DNA of 64,000 nt from Octopus vulgaris (GCA_951406725.2 OX597831.1:44950001-45014000), one strand, 5' to 3'. Numbered from the stretch's first letter, positions 1-13,269 are shown. Program-made: numbers and translations. Notes: generated by a model from the sequence alone, not told the origin.

Positions 1-284
1 ACAATATTGTAAACGTTGTTTTTTGCAAGGTCGTAAGCCCCTATATCGAAAACAATAATTCGGAGAAATTTAAAAAACAAAATATTTAACAAAAACATCT
101 GACCGTCTGCCAAGCAAATGGAGAGCAGTAATTGAAGTAGATGGTGAATATGCTCCGGAATAATCATTTAAAGATGTTTTTGTTACATGTTGTTGTTTTT
201 GTTTTGTTGAATAAAATTTGTTGAAAATAAAAAAGCCGCAATAATTATGCACCAACCCAATATATACATTCAGCACCCCTTCCT

Positions 285-2379
285 GTATATGTATATGGAA
301 AGAAGAAATATATTACCACGCAGGGAAAAAATATAGGAGGATTTGTTTTGGGATTTGAAAATGCACCTGAATCAAAAAAATGTGTAGTCGTTTTTTAAAT
401 AGTTATTCACATACCAAACTAGTTTCGACAATTTTTTGCTTATCAATGGTACGAATATACAAAAAAAAAGGGTGGGGTTAGGAGATCTTAAAGTTACAAG
501 GTAAAAATTGTATACGTGTATATGTATATGGAAAGAAGAAATATATTACCACGCAGGGAAAAATATAGGAGGATTTGTTTTGGGATTTGAAAATGCACCT
601 GAATCAAAAAAATGTGTAGTCGTTTTTGAAATAGTTATTCACATACCAAACTAGTTTCGACAATTTTTTGCTTATCAATGGTACGAATATACAAAAAAAA
701 AAAAAAGCTGGGGTTAGGAGATCTTAAAGTTACAAGGTAAAAATTGTATACGTGTATATGTATATGGAAAGAAGAAATATATTACCACGCAGGGAAAAAT
801 ATAGGAGGATTTGTTTTGGGATTTGAAAATGCACCTGAATCAAAAAAATGTGTAGTCGTTTTTGAAATAGTTATTCACATACCAAACTAGTTTCAACAAT
901 TTTTTGCTTTTCAATGGTACGAATATACAAAAAAAAAGGGTGGGGTTAGGAGATCTTAAAGTTACAAGGTAAAAATTGTATACGTGTATATGTATATGGA
1001 AAGAAGAAATATATTACCACGCAGGGAAAAATATAGGAGGATTTGTTTTGGGATTTGAAAATGCACCTGAATCAAAAAAATGTGTAGTCGTTTTTGAAAT
1101 AGTTATTCACATACCAAACTAGTTTCGACAATTTTTTGCTTATCAATGGTACGAATATACAAAAAAAAAAAAAGCTGGGGTTAGGAGATCTTAAAGTTAC
1201 AAGGTAAAAATTGTATACGTGTATATGTATATGGAAAGAAGAAATATATTACCACGCAGGGAAAAATATAGGAGGATTTGTTTTGGGATTTGAAAATGTA
1301 CCTGAATCAAAAAAATGTGTAGTCGTTTTTGAAATAGTTATTCACATACCAAACTAGTTTCGACAATTTTTTGCTTTTCAATGGTACGAATATACAAAAA
1401 AAAAGGGTGGGGGTTAGGAGATCTTAAAGTTACAAGGTAAAAATTGTATACGTGTATATGTATATGGAAAGAAGAAATATATTACCACGCAGGGAAAAAT
1501 ATAGGAGGATTTGTTTTGGGATTTGAAAATGCACCTGAATCAAAAAAATGTGTAGTCGTTTTTGAAATAGTTATTCACATACCAAACTAGTTTCGACAAT
1601 TTTTTGCTTATCAATGGTACGAATATACAAAAAAAAAAAAAGGCTGGGGTTAGGAGATCTTAAAGTTACAAGGTAAAAATTGTATACGTGTATATGTATA
1701 TGGAAAGAAGAAATATATTACCACGCAGGGAAAAATATAGGAGGATTTGTTTTGGGATTTGAAAATGCACCTGAATCAAAAAAATGTGTAGTCGTTTTTG
1801 AAATAGTTATTCACATACCAAACTAGTTTCGACAATTTTTTGCTTATCAATGGTACGAATATACAAAAAAAAAGGGTGGGGTTAGGAGATCTTAAAGTTA
1901 CAAGGTAAAAATTGTATACGTGTATATGTATATGGAAAGAAGAAATATATTACCACGCAGGGAAAAATATAGGAGGATTTGTTTTGGGATTTGAAAATGC
2001 ACCTGAATCAAAAAAATGTGTAGTCGTTTTTGAAATAGTTATTCACATACCAAACTAGTTTCGACAATTTTTTGCTTATCAATGGTACGAATATACAAAA
2101 AAAAAAGGGTGGGGTTAGGAGATCTTAAAGTTACAAGGTAAAAATTGTATACGTGTATATGTATATGAAAAGAAGAAATATATTACCACGCAGGGAAAAA
2201 TATAGGAGGATTTGTTTTGGGATTTGAAAATGCACCTGAATCAAAAAAATGTGTAGTCGTTTTTGAAATAGTTATTCACATACCAAACTAGTTTCGACAA
2301 TTTTTTGCTTATCAATGGTACGAATATACAAAAAAAAAGGGTGGGGTTAGGAGATCTTAAAGTTACAAGGTAAAAATTG
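285..2379 (-). repeat. Tandem array of nine ~233-bp units, each with a hammerhead-like motif on the minus strand
   Basis: Unit starts at 285, 518, 754, 986, 1221, 1454, 1690, 1922 and 2155. Single copies of the unit occur at ~6635-6860 and ~31287-31527. Confidence 0.95.
404..457 (-). ncRNA. Type I minimal hammerhead ribozyme candidate, U3-A8 core variant (first of nine tandem copies)
   Basis: Minus strand reads TATTC-GTACCA TTGATAA GCAAAAAATTGTC GAAA CTAG TT TGGTAT-GT-GAATA: stem I, core UUGANAA, stem II, GAAA, palindromic stem III ACUAGU, GUU triplet. Confidence 0.7.
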
Positions 2380-2765
2380 AACAAACATGAAAGGTTTTGG
2401 GTGCTTAAACTTTACCTCCAACTTACGCCGACTCAAGTTTTTAAGTGGTATTTGTTATATCTATCATGAAAAGAAAAGTCGATCGCGGCGGAATTTTAAC
2501 TCAGACGTAAATACAGACGAAATACTGCTTAGTAGTATCTTGCCCGGCATGTTAACGACTCTGCCAGTTCCCCACCTTAAAATATTTGTAATAATAAAAT
2601 GAAACCAAGTAATGATATTTTGAAGTATTTGTGGTATGGTTACACACACACATGTTGGTGCATAATTATAGCGGCTTTTTGTTTTTCAACAAATTTTATT
2701 CAACAAAAACAATAACAATATTTAACAAAAACATCTTTAAATGACGGTCTGATCGTCTGCCAAGC

Positions 2766-5700
2766 GAGGAATACTCACTAAGAGAGAGAATTCGCCGGAG
2801 AAACCTGATATCCGAAATAAAGATGAGGAAACAAATGGGAGAGAAGGGTTTACGAATCCAAGATGGACAGATAATCAAGTCCTACCTCTGGTCCCATGCT
2901 GTAGTGCTGACAGGAAAAGTGATGTGAGGGCAAATCGAAGTGAAGTTGATACCCCCGTCAACGATGCTATCTCTGATACCCCTTATTCTGCTTGCTCCCC
3001 AACTCCCGCCCCTCAGACTTCACAGCTCAGCATCGTCTACACCAACTCGTGCTCCTTATTCCCAAAGTTCAGTGAACTATTTACACTGGCCATACGTGAC
3101 TCCCCTGATGTGATAGCTATCACCGAGACTTGGCTGACTCCAGCAGTAAAGGACTCAGAAATCCACCTGCAGGGCTACGTCCTTTTCAGATGTGACAGAG
3201 GAAAAAGGCGAGGTGGAGGTGTTGCTGTGTATGTTAAGTCTGAGCACAAACCGTCCAGCGGTATTCTACCCACTAATGCTCAGCCTACAACAAAATTCGA
3301 TGCCGTCTATTGCAAGCTGAGCCTATCTGAGTTTTGCCTGCCCGTGTTGGCTGTCTACAGGCCGCCTCTTGTCGACCCCCAGGACGATGCTCATCTACTC
3401 GAAGCGATAAGATTCGTTTCAGCTTCGCATGACTGTTTGGTACTAGGAGACTTCAACGCTCCCACGATCGATTGGCCCGCATCAATTTGTACAACATCTT
3501 CCCGGTTCGGCCAGGCCCTTCATGACGTGGCTAAAGATTGTTTTCTATCCAACATGTTGAATATCCGACAAGGCATCGGTCTGGGCAGCAGCCATCTATG
3601 CTAGATCTGGTATTCTCCCGCTATCCAAGATCAGTGTCAGACGTATCTGTGTGCGCCCCTCTTGCCAAGAGTGATCATGCGGTCCTGAAGTTCGTCATGC
3701 ACACAACTTTTTCTACGCCCACGACTACTTCGCTGCCACGTAGAGTCTTCTCTGCAATTAATCTTGAAATTCTAACCGAGGCTTCCGCGCTTCTGGACTG
3801 GCGATCCCTGATGACGTTGTCCTCAGTTGACGAACTATGGTCATCCCTCAAAGCATATGTAATCTGTTTGACTGACCAGGCAGTTCCCGTTGGGCTTCCC
3901 AAGAGGAAGAAACACAAGCCCTGGGTGACGAAGAGGGTTAAACGAGAACGTCGACTCAGAGATATTGCTTGGGCTGAATTCAAAAATCTGGATTCGACTG
4001 CAGCTTTTGAGGTGTACAAAACTCAACGAGACCGAGCCGTGAAAATTGAAAAGAAAGAACGCTTCAGTTACGAATACAAAATCGCGGCAAATTCCAGTAG
4101 CAATCCAAAAACCTTCTTTGCCCATGTCCAGCGGAATTCCCGCTTGAACAACCAGATTGCAACGTTGGTAGACTCAACAGGCGTATCGATTGAGGACCCT
4201 TATCAACAGAGTCAATTATTTGCCGAGGCTTTTTCAACTATTTTCAAACAAGATGATGGTCGTGAACCCCCTCCATTTGATAGATCGGTACCTCCAATGC
4301 TTCGATTGGTCATCACGCGGGACGAAGTCAAACGTGTTATTCAGGGCCTCGATGTCAACAAAGGTCACGGCCATGACGGCATACACCCACGGGTTATCAA
4401 AGCGTTAGCTCCGGTCATCTGCGAGCCCTTAACACGACTATTCAATATGTCATTGGCGACGGGTGTTATACCTGCAGACTGGAGAACAGCGATAATCTGC
4501 CCAATTTTCAAGAAAGGGAGCCGCGAAGACCCGCTTAACTACCGACCGGTTTCCTTTACATCAATTATCAGCAAGATGTTCGAAACCATCCTTAAGAAAA
4601 GTATGATGCTCCACTTCCTAAACACAGCCTCTATCTCTGATTCCCAACACGGCTTCGTGCCGAAGAGATCATGCTTGAACAACCTACTAGTAATAGAAGA
4701 ATTGGTGACGCGCATCCTCGATGATAGTGATGCTGTTGACATCGTTTTACTGGACTTTGCCAAAGCTTTTGACTCGGTAAACCACCGCCTATTGCTTGTC
4801 AAGCTTCAAGCATATAGTTTCCATCCGGATATTGTACGATGGGTTGGTGCCTTCCTCTCAGATCGCTCCTTCCAAGTCCAAGTTAATGGTTCGCGGTCCG
4901 ACGTCTGCAGTGCGAGCAGTGGCGTGCCTCAAGGTTCAGTGCTTGGGCCCTTGTTGTTCTTAGTCTTCATAAATGACTTGCCCGACGACCTCACGCAACA
5001 CACCCTTCTATTTGCCGACGATATCAAACTGGTCGCTCCTCGCGGTAATATAGAGGATCTTCGTCGATGCCTCCACCAAATTTGGAAGTGGTCTAACAAT
5101 TGGGACCTGTGTCTGAACGTGTCAAAGTGCTGTCATCTGCCTGTCGGCTCTACTCCTGCAACTCAACTTGATTTCGAGCCGGGTCGTCTGCTGCTGGAGA
5201 GGACCGATCAGGTAAAGGACCTAGGTATCTTGGTGGATTCCTCCTTTTCGCCTTCAGCCCAGTGCGTCCATGCTGCCAACAAAGCACGCGGAATTCTGTT
5301 CTTGATTCGACGGTCATTCGGAATGCTCACAGCAGCCATATTCCTACCACTCTATGTCACGCTGGTGAGACCCATATTGGAGTATGGGATTCAAGCCTCT
5401 TCTCCTTATCTCCTCAAAGACATACAGCATCTCGAAAGAGTCCAGAAGCTGGCTACCCGCATGGTTCATGGTCTCAAAAATTTGTCCTACGAAGAAAGGC
5501 TGAGGACGCTCGACCTTTATTCTCTTGAAAAACGCCGCCGCCGTGGTGATCTCATTCTCGCCCACAACATCATAAGCGGAAAGTATAACCTCTCGAAAGA
5601 GCTGTTCTTCACTCCTGCTCCAGAGCGTCGGCTGCGGGGTCATTCCGAAAAGCTCTACCTGCGACGATTTCATCTCAATCGAAGGAGAGGAGCTTTCTCC

Positions 5701-5896
5701 GTCCGGGTTGCGGATCCGTGGAACAAGCTGCCAGACGAGATGGTGAAGATGCCGACGACCGCTTTGTTCAAAGCCTCCCTTGACCTCAAGTGGCCTGAAC
5801 TCTTTACATGAACACCACCCTGTACTTAACTCCATGTCCCCATACATGGCCTTGCTATTTGCTTTTGAGCCAAATTAACTAACTAACTAACTAACT
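2766..5896 (+). mobile_element. CR1-group non-LTR retrotransposon, 5'-truncated within ORF1, (TAAC)n tail
   Basis: ORF1 C-terminus at 2766-2927 (EEYSLRERIRRRNLISEIKMRKQMGEKGLRIQDGQI), followed by APE and RT domains and an AACT tandem tail. The empty site CTGCCAAGC|AAATAGGAAGC at 31929/31930 shows insertion without a TSD. Confidence 0.95.
2924..5811 (+). pseudogene. LINE ORF2 (APE endonuclease + reverse transcriptase) with one frameshift near 3547
   Basis: APE motifs ITETW, RGGGV, YRPP, GDFN and SDH; RT motifs NYRPVS, QHGF, DFAKAFD, GVPQGSVLGPLLF and FADD. The expected CFLxQHV is split across two frames by one missing base. Confidence 0.9.
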
Positions 5897-6014
5897 AAAT
5901 AGGAAGCAGTAATTGAAGTAGGTGGTAAATATGCTCCTGAATAATCATTTAAAGATGTTTTTGCTACGTGCTGTTGTTTTGTTGAATAAAAAGCCGCAAT
6001 AATTATGCACCAAC

Positions 6015-6115
<101 letters not shown>

Positions 6116-6429
6116 TTACATATATTGTCTGGCTATTTGTATTTGTAGCTTTCGTCCTTGTTTTCGTATACATTCGCTTGCTTTCTTCCAAAGAATCTAG
6201 TGCTCTTAGCTTAGATTTTCTTGGGATCGGCCACATTGGAGCAGTCTTGAGTGTAACCGGCCAAAACTGCAGGGATGATCTGGAATTCGACTGATGATGA
6301 AAAGCTCCGAATGACCCGTCTTTGTATTTTCATGTCCTTCTTTGTATCGTCTAACTGTCTGTATGTATTGTTGTCGCTTGTTACGTTCTTATTCCTTTTT
6401 TTTTTGCTTTGTTTATATATATAGATACA

Positions 6430-6634
6430 CAAAGGGGTACTGAAAAGTTCATGGCTTTTCGGGTGTCGCGAAAGGCCTGGTTGGAAGCCCAGACTTCGAG
6501 TTTTTTTACAGGGCTTAGAAAATTTGAAGGAACGCTGCAATAAGTAAGGGGAATATGTTTAATAAAATCGTAATTAACTGATCATACTGTATTTTCTTTT
6601 ACCCAAAACCAGGAACTTTTCAGTACCCCCTCGT
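6430..6634. mobile_element. Mariner-type MITE
   Basis: Inverted termini GGGGTACTGAAAAGTTC / GAACTTTTCAGTACCCC. A partial duplicate lies at ~32720-32900. Confidence 0.6.
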
Positions 6635-7769
6635 GTATATGGATATGGATAGAAGAAATATATTACCACGAAGGGAAAAATATAGGAGGATTTGTTTTGG
6701 GATTTGAAAATGCACCTGAATCAAAAAAATGTGTAGTCGTTTTTAAATAGTTATTCACATACCAAACTAGTTTCGACAATTTTTTGCTTATCAATGGTAC
6801 GAATATACACACAAAAAAAGGGTGGGGTTAGGAGATCTTAAAGTTACAAGGTAAAAATTGGACAAACATGTTTAAACCATCAAATGTTCAAACGTTCACA
6901 GAAATTTCAGTAATGCTTCACAGGAATAGATTGTAATATCAATGCAAATGTTCGGCGAAGATCATAACAAATATACATTATTGAAAGTTCATCATACTGA
7001 GTGTTTATAAAATAAGTGCAGAAGAAAGAGAAAAAGGTGGAGAGAAAGAGAAAAAATGTTTTTTTTTTTTACAATTTCTGTCGTGGTGCTTGTAGTTCTT
7101 TTTTCAATTTCAGCCTCGGAGCACTGGTCTTTTCACCATTCACGGCTTGTTGGAGTTGAGAGTAATTTGAGTCGTCCAGCCTTTTAGTATATAATATGTG
7201 GCTTTACAGAAAAAGATCTAATTTTTAATTTTGTTGACACTTTATCCTTTTTTTTTTTGTGGGGGATCTTGATCAAAATACTTTTGTTTTGGCAGTCTAG
7301 TGTTTTAATTGGTTGCCAAGAAACAAGTTCCGACTGCTTGTGAATTTCATGATATCACTTTGTTTTGAACAAAAATATTTTCCGCTCTGGACAAATACAG
7401 TTTTACTTCTACCTTTATCTGTTTTTAACCTTTATGTGTAGTTAACAAAGACACTATTATCCTGGTCACCAGAGCTATTACACCAATCTTTTTTATTAAC
7501 TTAGCATTACTTCTTATCTTTATGGTTTGCAATATTTCACACGATTGACTCGTTGCCCCAAATCCCCGATAAGGTGGTGCATTGACTGAGTCATGGCTGT
7601 ATGATAAAGAAGTTAGCTTTGCAACCTCGTGGTTTCCAAGTTTGATCTACTTTACAGGCAGTATTTTCGATTGTTGTCCAATGTTCTTGTGTCCGAGCGG
7701 TCAATATCTTATGAGTAGGACCGGGTAGACGAAAAGTGTGTCCAAGCTCATCATGATGTACTGTGCACC

Positions 7770-8449
7770 ATCAAAAACTCTTCAAATAGAAACCTAGAAT
7801 TATATAAGAAAAAGCTCCACCAGTTCTTGGATTTAATATTTCTATTGAAACAGAGCATAACTCCGTTAATTTTTTAGACGTGAATTTTAACCTTATTTCA
7901 GGCAAATATGCGACATACCATAAGCCTCACTCCAAAATCACCTATATCAATACAAAAAATTATTATTCTAAGTCAATTACTAATTGTTTAGTTAATAACA
8001 TCGAAAAGAGAATAAATTACCTCTGCAAGAAGGTAAACATAACTTAGATAAGAATAAGTTAAGGACTCAACCTACGTTTAATACAATAAATACTGATAAC
8101 GCTGCTTATAGATTACACAATATCTATTTACTGAACAAAAATAACCAACATACAAATAGCGCAGTACAAACGAAAAAAATAGACCTGAAGACCAACACTT
8201 ATCCTGATATTGACAATATCAATATAAACATACATATATTACACACTAAGCACACCAAACCTAAAACAAGTTATGACCATAATAGGCGCAGGAGTGGCTG
8301 TGTGGTAAGTAGATGAACATGGTTCCAGGTTCAGTCCCACTGCGTGGCACCTTGAGCAAGTGTCTTCTACTATAGCTTCGGGCCGACCAAAGCCTTGTGA
8401 GTAGATTTGGTAGACGGAAACTAAAAGAATCCCGTCGTATATTTGTATG

Positions 8450-8492
<43 letters not shown>

Positions 8493-8860
8493 TTGTGCGT
8501 CTGTGTTTGTCCCCCCCCCCCCAGCAACTTTAGCACTATTTACTATATGAAAAGAAATAAAAATTATATACCTTATATAAAATCCAACATAGCAAATTAT
8601 TATAATCAAATTCCTAGTAATAATAAAATAAAGGGCAATATTATCTGGCTGATATTGCCCTTCGCTAAGCAAGTAAAAACAAACGTAATTACAGTTATAC
8701 GTCGGATAATTAACAAAAACTGCTCTCGTAATAAAAACAAACATAGTGACATGATTTACAGTAGACATTTTAGATATGGTCATTAAGTTTCCCGTAATTT
8801 GTTCAGATATATATCTTCTATGAATTCAGCGAAATTAGATAATTTTTATACTAAACGTAA
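7770..8860 (+). mobile_element. Degenerate Penelope-like (Naiad-type) RT/thumb fragment with a SINE inserted at ~8285-8523
   Basis: Translations SVNFLDVNFNLISGKYATYHKPHSKITYIN and NIIWLILPFAKQVKTNV resemble the PLE VNFLD..KPN..YI and IIWFNPPF..VKTN motifs. Confidence 0.7.
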
Positions 8861-10159
8861 GCTTTTATTCCTCATAATAAACAAAAAATAAACAATGTAT
8901 CACTTAAACTTGAGTGACGATATCCAACTAATAACAACCAACGGAAGATAAGTGGATCACTGGATTCAAATATTCTTTTCCCTCATAAAAACTATACTAA
9001 CCTCTAAATTTCTCTGTTATGATTAAATATACACTATTCTGGTAAATCCATTCTTCAACTGAAATAGAATAACTGTAAATATTTTTGCTCCGTGAATTTT
9101 CAACAATGTCAAATCATTTTGAATGTCCTTTATTTTGAAGTTCTGGAATACATCTGACGAAATCGGTTTCTTTACAGCGATGTAATGTTTTCATTAATCA
9201 ATTAAAGGATTCGTTAGAAACGGCCGTAATGGATTGACACCTGTACCTCAACTGTTACTCATTACATATACAAGCATATATATGCAGGGCGTTTCAAAAA
9301 CTTTGATATCATTTGATAATAATATTAATTGAAAAAAAAAATACTGAAACAATGAAAAGACATTAAATGGAATTCTTTATTTATAAATACATTCGATTTT
9401 CGATTGGTTTATTTCTGCCCAGAATCATAGCAGACTTGGAATTACTGCGCTGGTTGCTATTCAACTTTAGGTTCCAAGACAAGTTTTCGCTCCATTTACC
9501 ACGAAGCGCTTCAGAGGAACCCGACAAATGAAGCATAAAGTACATGTGTTGGTTATTTTTGAGGTTATTGACTATTTCCTAGACAGTCGTTCGTTGAAGT
9601 GTTTCTTCATAAGTTATTGATGTTTCTCAATTCCTTTCCTGTATCCTGAAGCAATCGGCATCAATACTAGATGTACTGGCGATTTGCGCTTCTTTTTTCA
9701 TTTTTTTCTTTTGTTTCTTTTTCCCTCTTTTTTTAATTATGTGGCTTGGTTAAGTTCAAGGAGTTAAACATTCTCCATCTAAACACCAGAAAGCGGAGAA
9801 GATTGATCCCTTAAGAAAAGCGATTTATGACTCACAACATTCACTATAACCAGTATAGCTAGAGCTAGTCATAGCAAGGCACTAAATCTGCAAAATCAGT
9901 AGAGCGCCAGACCAAATAAATGCCACGTGACAACATTTAGTTGCATATCATTCATTAGATTCTGAGTAAGGTTGTGAGCTGGTAGAATCTTCACCGCCCG
10001 GATCAAATAGCTAACAGCATTTCTTCCGGCGTTTTATGTTCTGAGTTCAAATGCAGCCGAGGTTGATTTTGTCTTTCATCCTTTCGGAGTCGACAAAATA
10101 AAGTACAAGTTGAGTATTGGGGTCGGTGTTATTAACTGGCCTCTTGTATAGACCCCGCC

Positions 10160-11180
10160 ACCATTATTTGTGGGAATTCAGATGTGGAATAAGAGGTATA
10201 TTCCAACGATATCCGTTACCAGAGCTGAGTCGCTCGATCCCATTACTATATCAAAAGAATTAGCTCCATCTGATCTCGTCCATAGCTTGTTGTTGTAATT
10301 AATAACGGTTTGACGAACTGTTAAAATTATGTCTACATCTGACTTAGATAAGCTAGACGTTTTCATTGCAATATGAGTGCTTTGTTTAGTATTATAGGGT
10401 TAATTATGGAGTTGTAGCTATCTATATTTAATTGTATAAATTTGGATTTTTTAGTTTTCTCTGCTTTCACAAACCATCATATAACCCCTGAGTGTCCGAC
10501 CATAAGGAAATTCTAATCTTATTTTTTAGTTTGGGCATTATTTTGTCTATGATGTTTTTACTTATACGTCCAATGTCTGATTTTAATGGGCATATTAATC
10601 TTACTTTAGGGTCACTATCGAAGTTATTTTTGTGCTCTTTAAGGTTTATCCTAGGTTTTCTTGGGGCAAATGGTTCAGTCGTATCGTCCATCTCTAGAGT
10701 TTTTACTATTTCTAATCCTTTGTAGTTTATATTAGTTAAGATGTTGCTGAGTGTATGATTGTATTTGCTAAGCATTTCTTTTTTGACTAAACTATTACAT
10801 AATGTGGTGTCTACAATATAAAAGTTACTGGTTTTGTCTGCGGGTACAATTATTCCGTTTACGTCTTTAAAGACCTCCAGTACTTTTTTCAATTTCTGCT
10901 GGTTTTCGTTCTTCTTTGTTGGGCATTTCCTGAATTTGATTTTCTGTATTATTTCGTATTGCTCTTCCTCGAATTGTGTTAAGTGTTGATTTGTTAGTAG
11001 GTCTCTTGCATTTATATCCTTCTGGTGTTCCTGTGTGCTATTTTCCTTCTCATGGAAGAATGCTTCCCATCTCATTCTTCTTATGAAGGAGCTTGTGCTG
11101 GCTGCTAGTTGTTTTAACTATTCACTTTTGGTTGGTATGCGGATGTCCTTTAGCGAGCAGTCTAGATTTAGTTTCTCCAT
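10160..11180 (-). mobile_element. Penelope-like (Naiad-type) element, N-terminal half of RT ORF, disrupted
   Basis: From ATG 11180: MEKLNLDCSLKDIRIP..FIRRMRWEAFF, ADKTSNFY, RLICPLKSDIGRISK, FDIVMGSSDSA. Contains stops and frameshifts and is truncated by a SINE at ~10140. Confidence 0.85.
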
Positions 11181-11613
11181 CTTTTGACTGTCCGTAGTAC
11201 TATAATGTAAAAAACCACTTCGTCCGGTTACCTGGTTTTTGTCTGTGTTAGTCAAGGCATATTCCATTCGGAACGTGGTAGAGTACGATATAAAGCTCGT
11301 CCACTTTCAGAATTGCCCAGTACTATCCGGTAGTATTATTATATACTTCCAAGTTTAAGTTTGAGCATTCATCGCGTGTGAATATAAAATTGAAGAAATT
11401 GGAGTCAATAAGAAGGAGTACAGTTGGACAGTTGAAACACAACTAGATCTCATTATGCAAATAAACAGTTGCATGATCAAATGCCTGTATTGCTGGAGAA
11501 CCACGTTGCGTCAAAACAATTGTAGCGATTAAAAAATAACTGTCCAACCATACTCATTGTTGATTCCAATTTCTTCAATTATATATACATATATATATAT
11601 ACATACATATATA

Positions 11614-11655
<42 letters not shown>

Positions 11656-11720
11656 GGTCCCGGGTTGATTCGGGGTTAACCACAGTAAATAAGGTACTCA
11701 ATACATAGCAGAGTAAATTT

Positions 11721-11852
11721 ATTTATTATATAGAAGGAGCTTCTACAGGACTAGAACTGTTTCATTCAAGAGAAATCTTCAGGAAGCTTCCTGAAGATTT
11801 CTCTTGAATGAAACAGTTCTAGTCCTGTAGAAGCTCCTTCTATATAATAAAT
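11721..11852. repeat. Perfect 132-bp palindrome with a hammerhead motif in each arm
   Basis: Centre 11786/11787. The + arm reads AGCTTC CTGAAGA TTTCTCTTGAAT GAAA CAG-TTCTAGTC-CTG TA GAAGCT. Confidence 0.85.
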
Positions 11853-11911
<59 letters not shown>

Positions 11912-12086
11912 TCTATCAGCAAAAGTGACCGATAGAATAAGTACTAGGCTTAAAAAATAATTCCTGAGGTCGATTTGTTCGACTAAAGGTGGTGCTTCAA
12001 CATGGCCGCAGTGAAATGACTGAAACACGAAAAAAGAATACACACACACACATAAATAAATATACATATATATACATATATGTATG

Positions 12087-12120
<34 letters not shown>

Positions 12121-12136
12121 CATATATATACATGTG

Positions 12137-12172
<36 letters not shown>

Positions 12173-12185
12173 ATTAGATTAACTC

Positions 12186-12246
<61 letters not shown>

Positions 12247-12303
12247 TGTATATGCTTATATATGTACATATATGAATATATATGTGTGTGTGTATATGCA
12301 TAT

Positions 12304-12339
<36 letters not shown>

Positions 12340-12449
12340 ATGCGTGCATAAGTGTGCATATGAGCGTTGTTTGGTATGATTTATATTTTATTCCCTTTTA
12401 TTGAATTCTTAATAAAGTTGTCGTCTCTTCTATAATTAGCGAACATTTA

Positions 12450-12750
12450 ATTCATCTCTCTATCCTTTGTGAATTGGTTTGTGTATTTTTAACGTGTGTA
12501 ATGTCTAATGTTTTTTTTGCATGGTATTTATACCTCAATTCTTCCGCGGCTTAGTCTGCTAGTCTTTTAGAATATCCCTTGTTAACGAGTGTTTGTTTTC
12601 TTCTCTGGATTTCTTTATTTAGTGCCACGTTTGTAGAAGACAATCTGAATGCGCTTCATTATCGACATTTTGTAGCTGTGTGGATATTGACTGTGTCCGT
12701 GCAGTGACATATATTTGTTTGTGTCTTCGGCGTACACGGACATAATGTGT
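12450..12750 (-). mobile_element. Old Penelope-like RT thumb fragment (duplicated at ~43330-43640)
   Basis: Minus translation SVYAEDTN..SQYPHSYKMSI..AFRLSS..KEIQRRKQTLVNKGYS resembles PLE thumb motifs. Confidence 0.55.
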
Positions 12751-12803
12751 CTATTATTTTACGAAGTATGAAATTATATTATAATTATTATTATTATTAT
12801 TAT

Positions 12804-13228
12804 TGAGTGAGAGAGTAGTGCATGCCATCAAAATGACACTGGGGTAAAATATACGAAGCCCAATATACCCATCATGACTACCCGTCTGATAAGGGTACAC
12901 CAGGCACATGCATCACAACCATATGTGCGCGACATGGTGATCTCATATCAAGATAAACAGCACATGACCTTGCAGGTGGGGCCCAGTTAGAATTTTCTTC
13001 AGGTTGAGTAGCCCATCCCGCTCAAAAGGTCCCTGAATAAGGGTTGTTTAAGGATGTTGAAAGAACCACCCATGTTTCCAGAGGTGAATTATTCAAACCC
13101 CAAAGAATCCCTCTCAACACATGGCTATGATGCTCCCCCACTACTTCTGCTCGTGATCAGAGATGCACATATCGTCAGCCATTAAGGGACATGCTCAACT
13201 GGTTAAGGTCAAACAAGCAATACGTACA
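12804..13228. mobile_element. Interspersed repeat inserted in a (TTA)n microsatellite
   Basis: A ~425-bp higher-GC segment between TTA runs, absent from the paralogous position near 43680. Family not identified. Confidence 0.5.
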
Positions 13229-13269
13229 ATTATTATTATCATTATCATTATTATTGTCATTATTATTAT

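Noticed and set aside
285-2379. CRISPR-like array
   Set aside because: Whole units repeat with no unique spacers, the context is eukaryotic, and no cas genes are present.
3675-5847. Antisense and alternate-frame ORFs over the LINE
   Set aside because: Shadow ORFs of a GC-richer coding sequence with no independent motifs.
6280-6330. Hammerhead at CTGATGA (also ~32578 and ~35673)
   Set aside because: No GAAA plus stem III plus NUH arrangement (GAAT instead), and pairing is inconsistent between copies.
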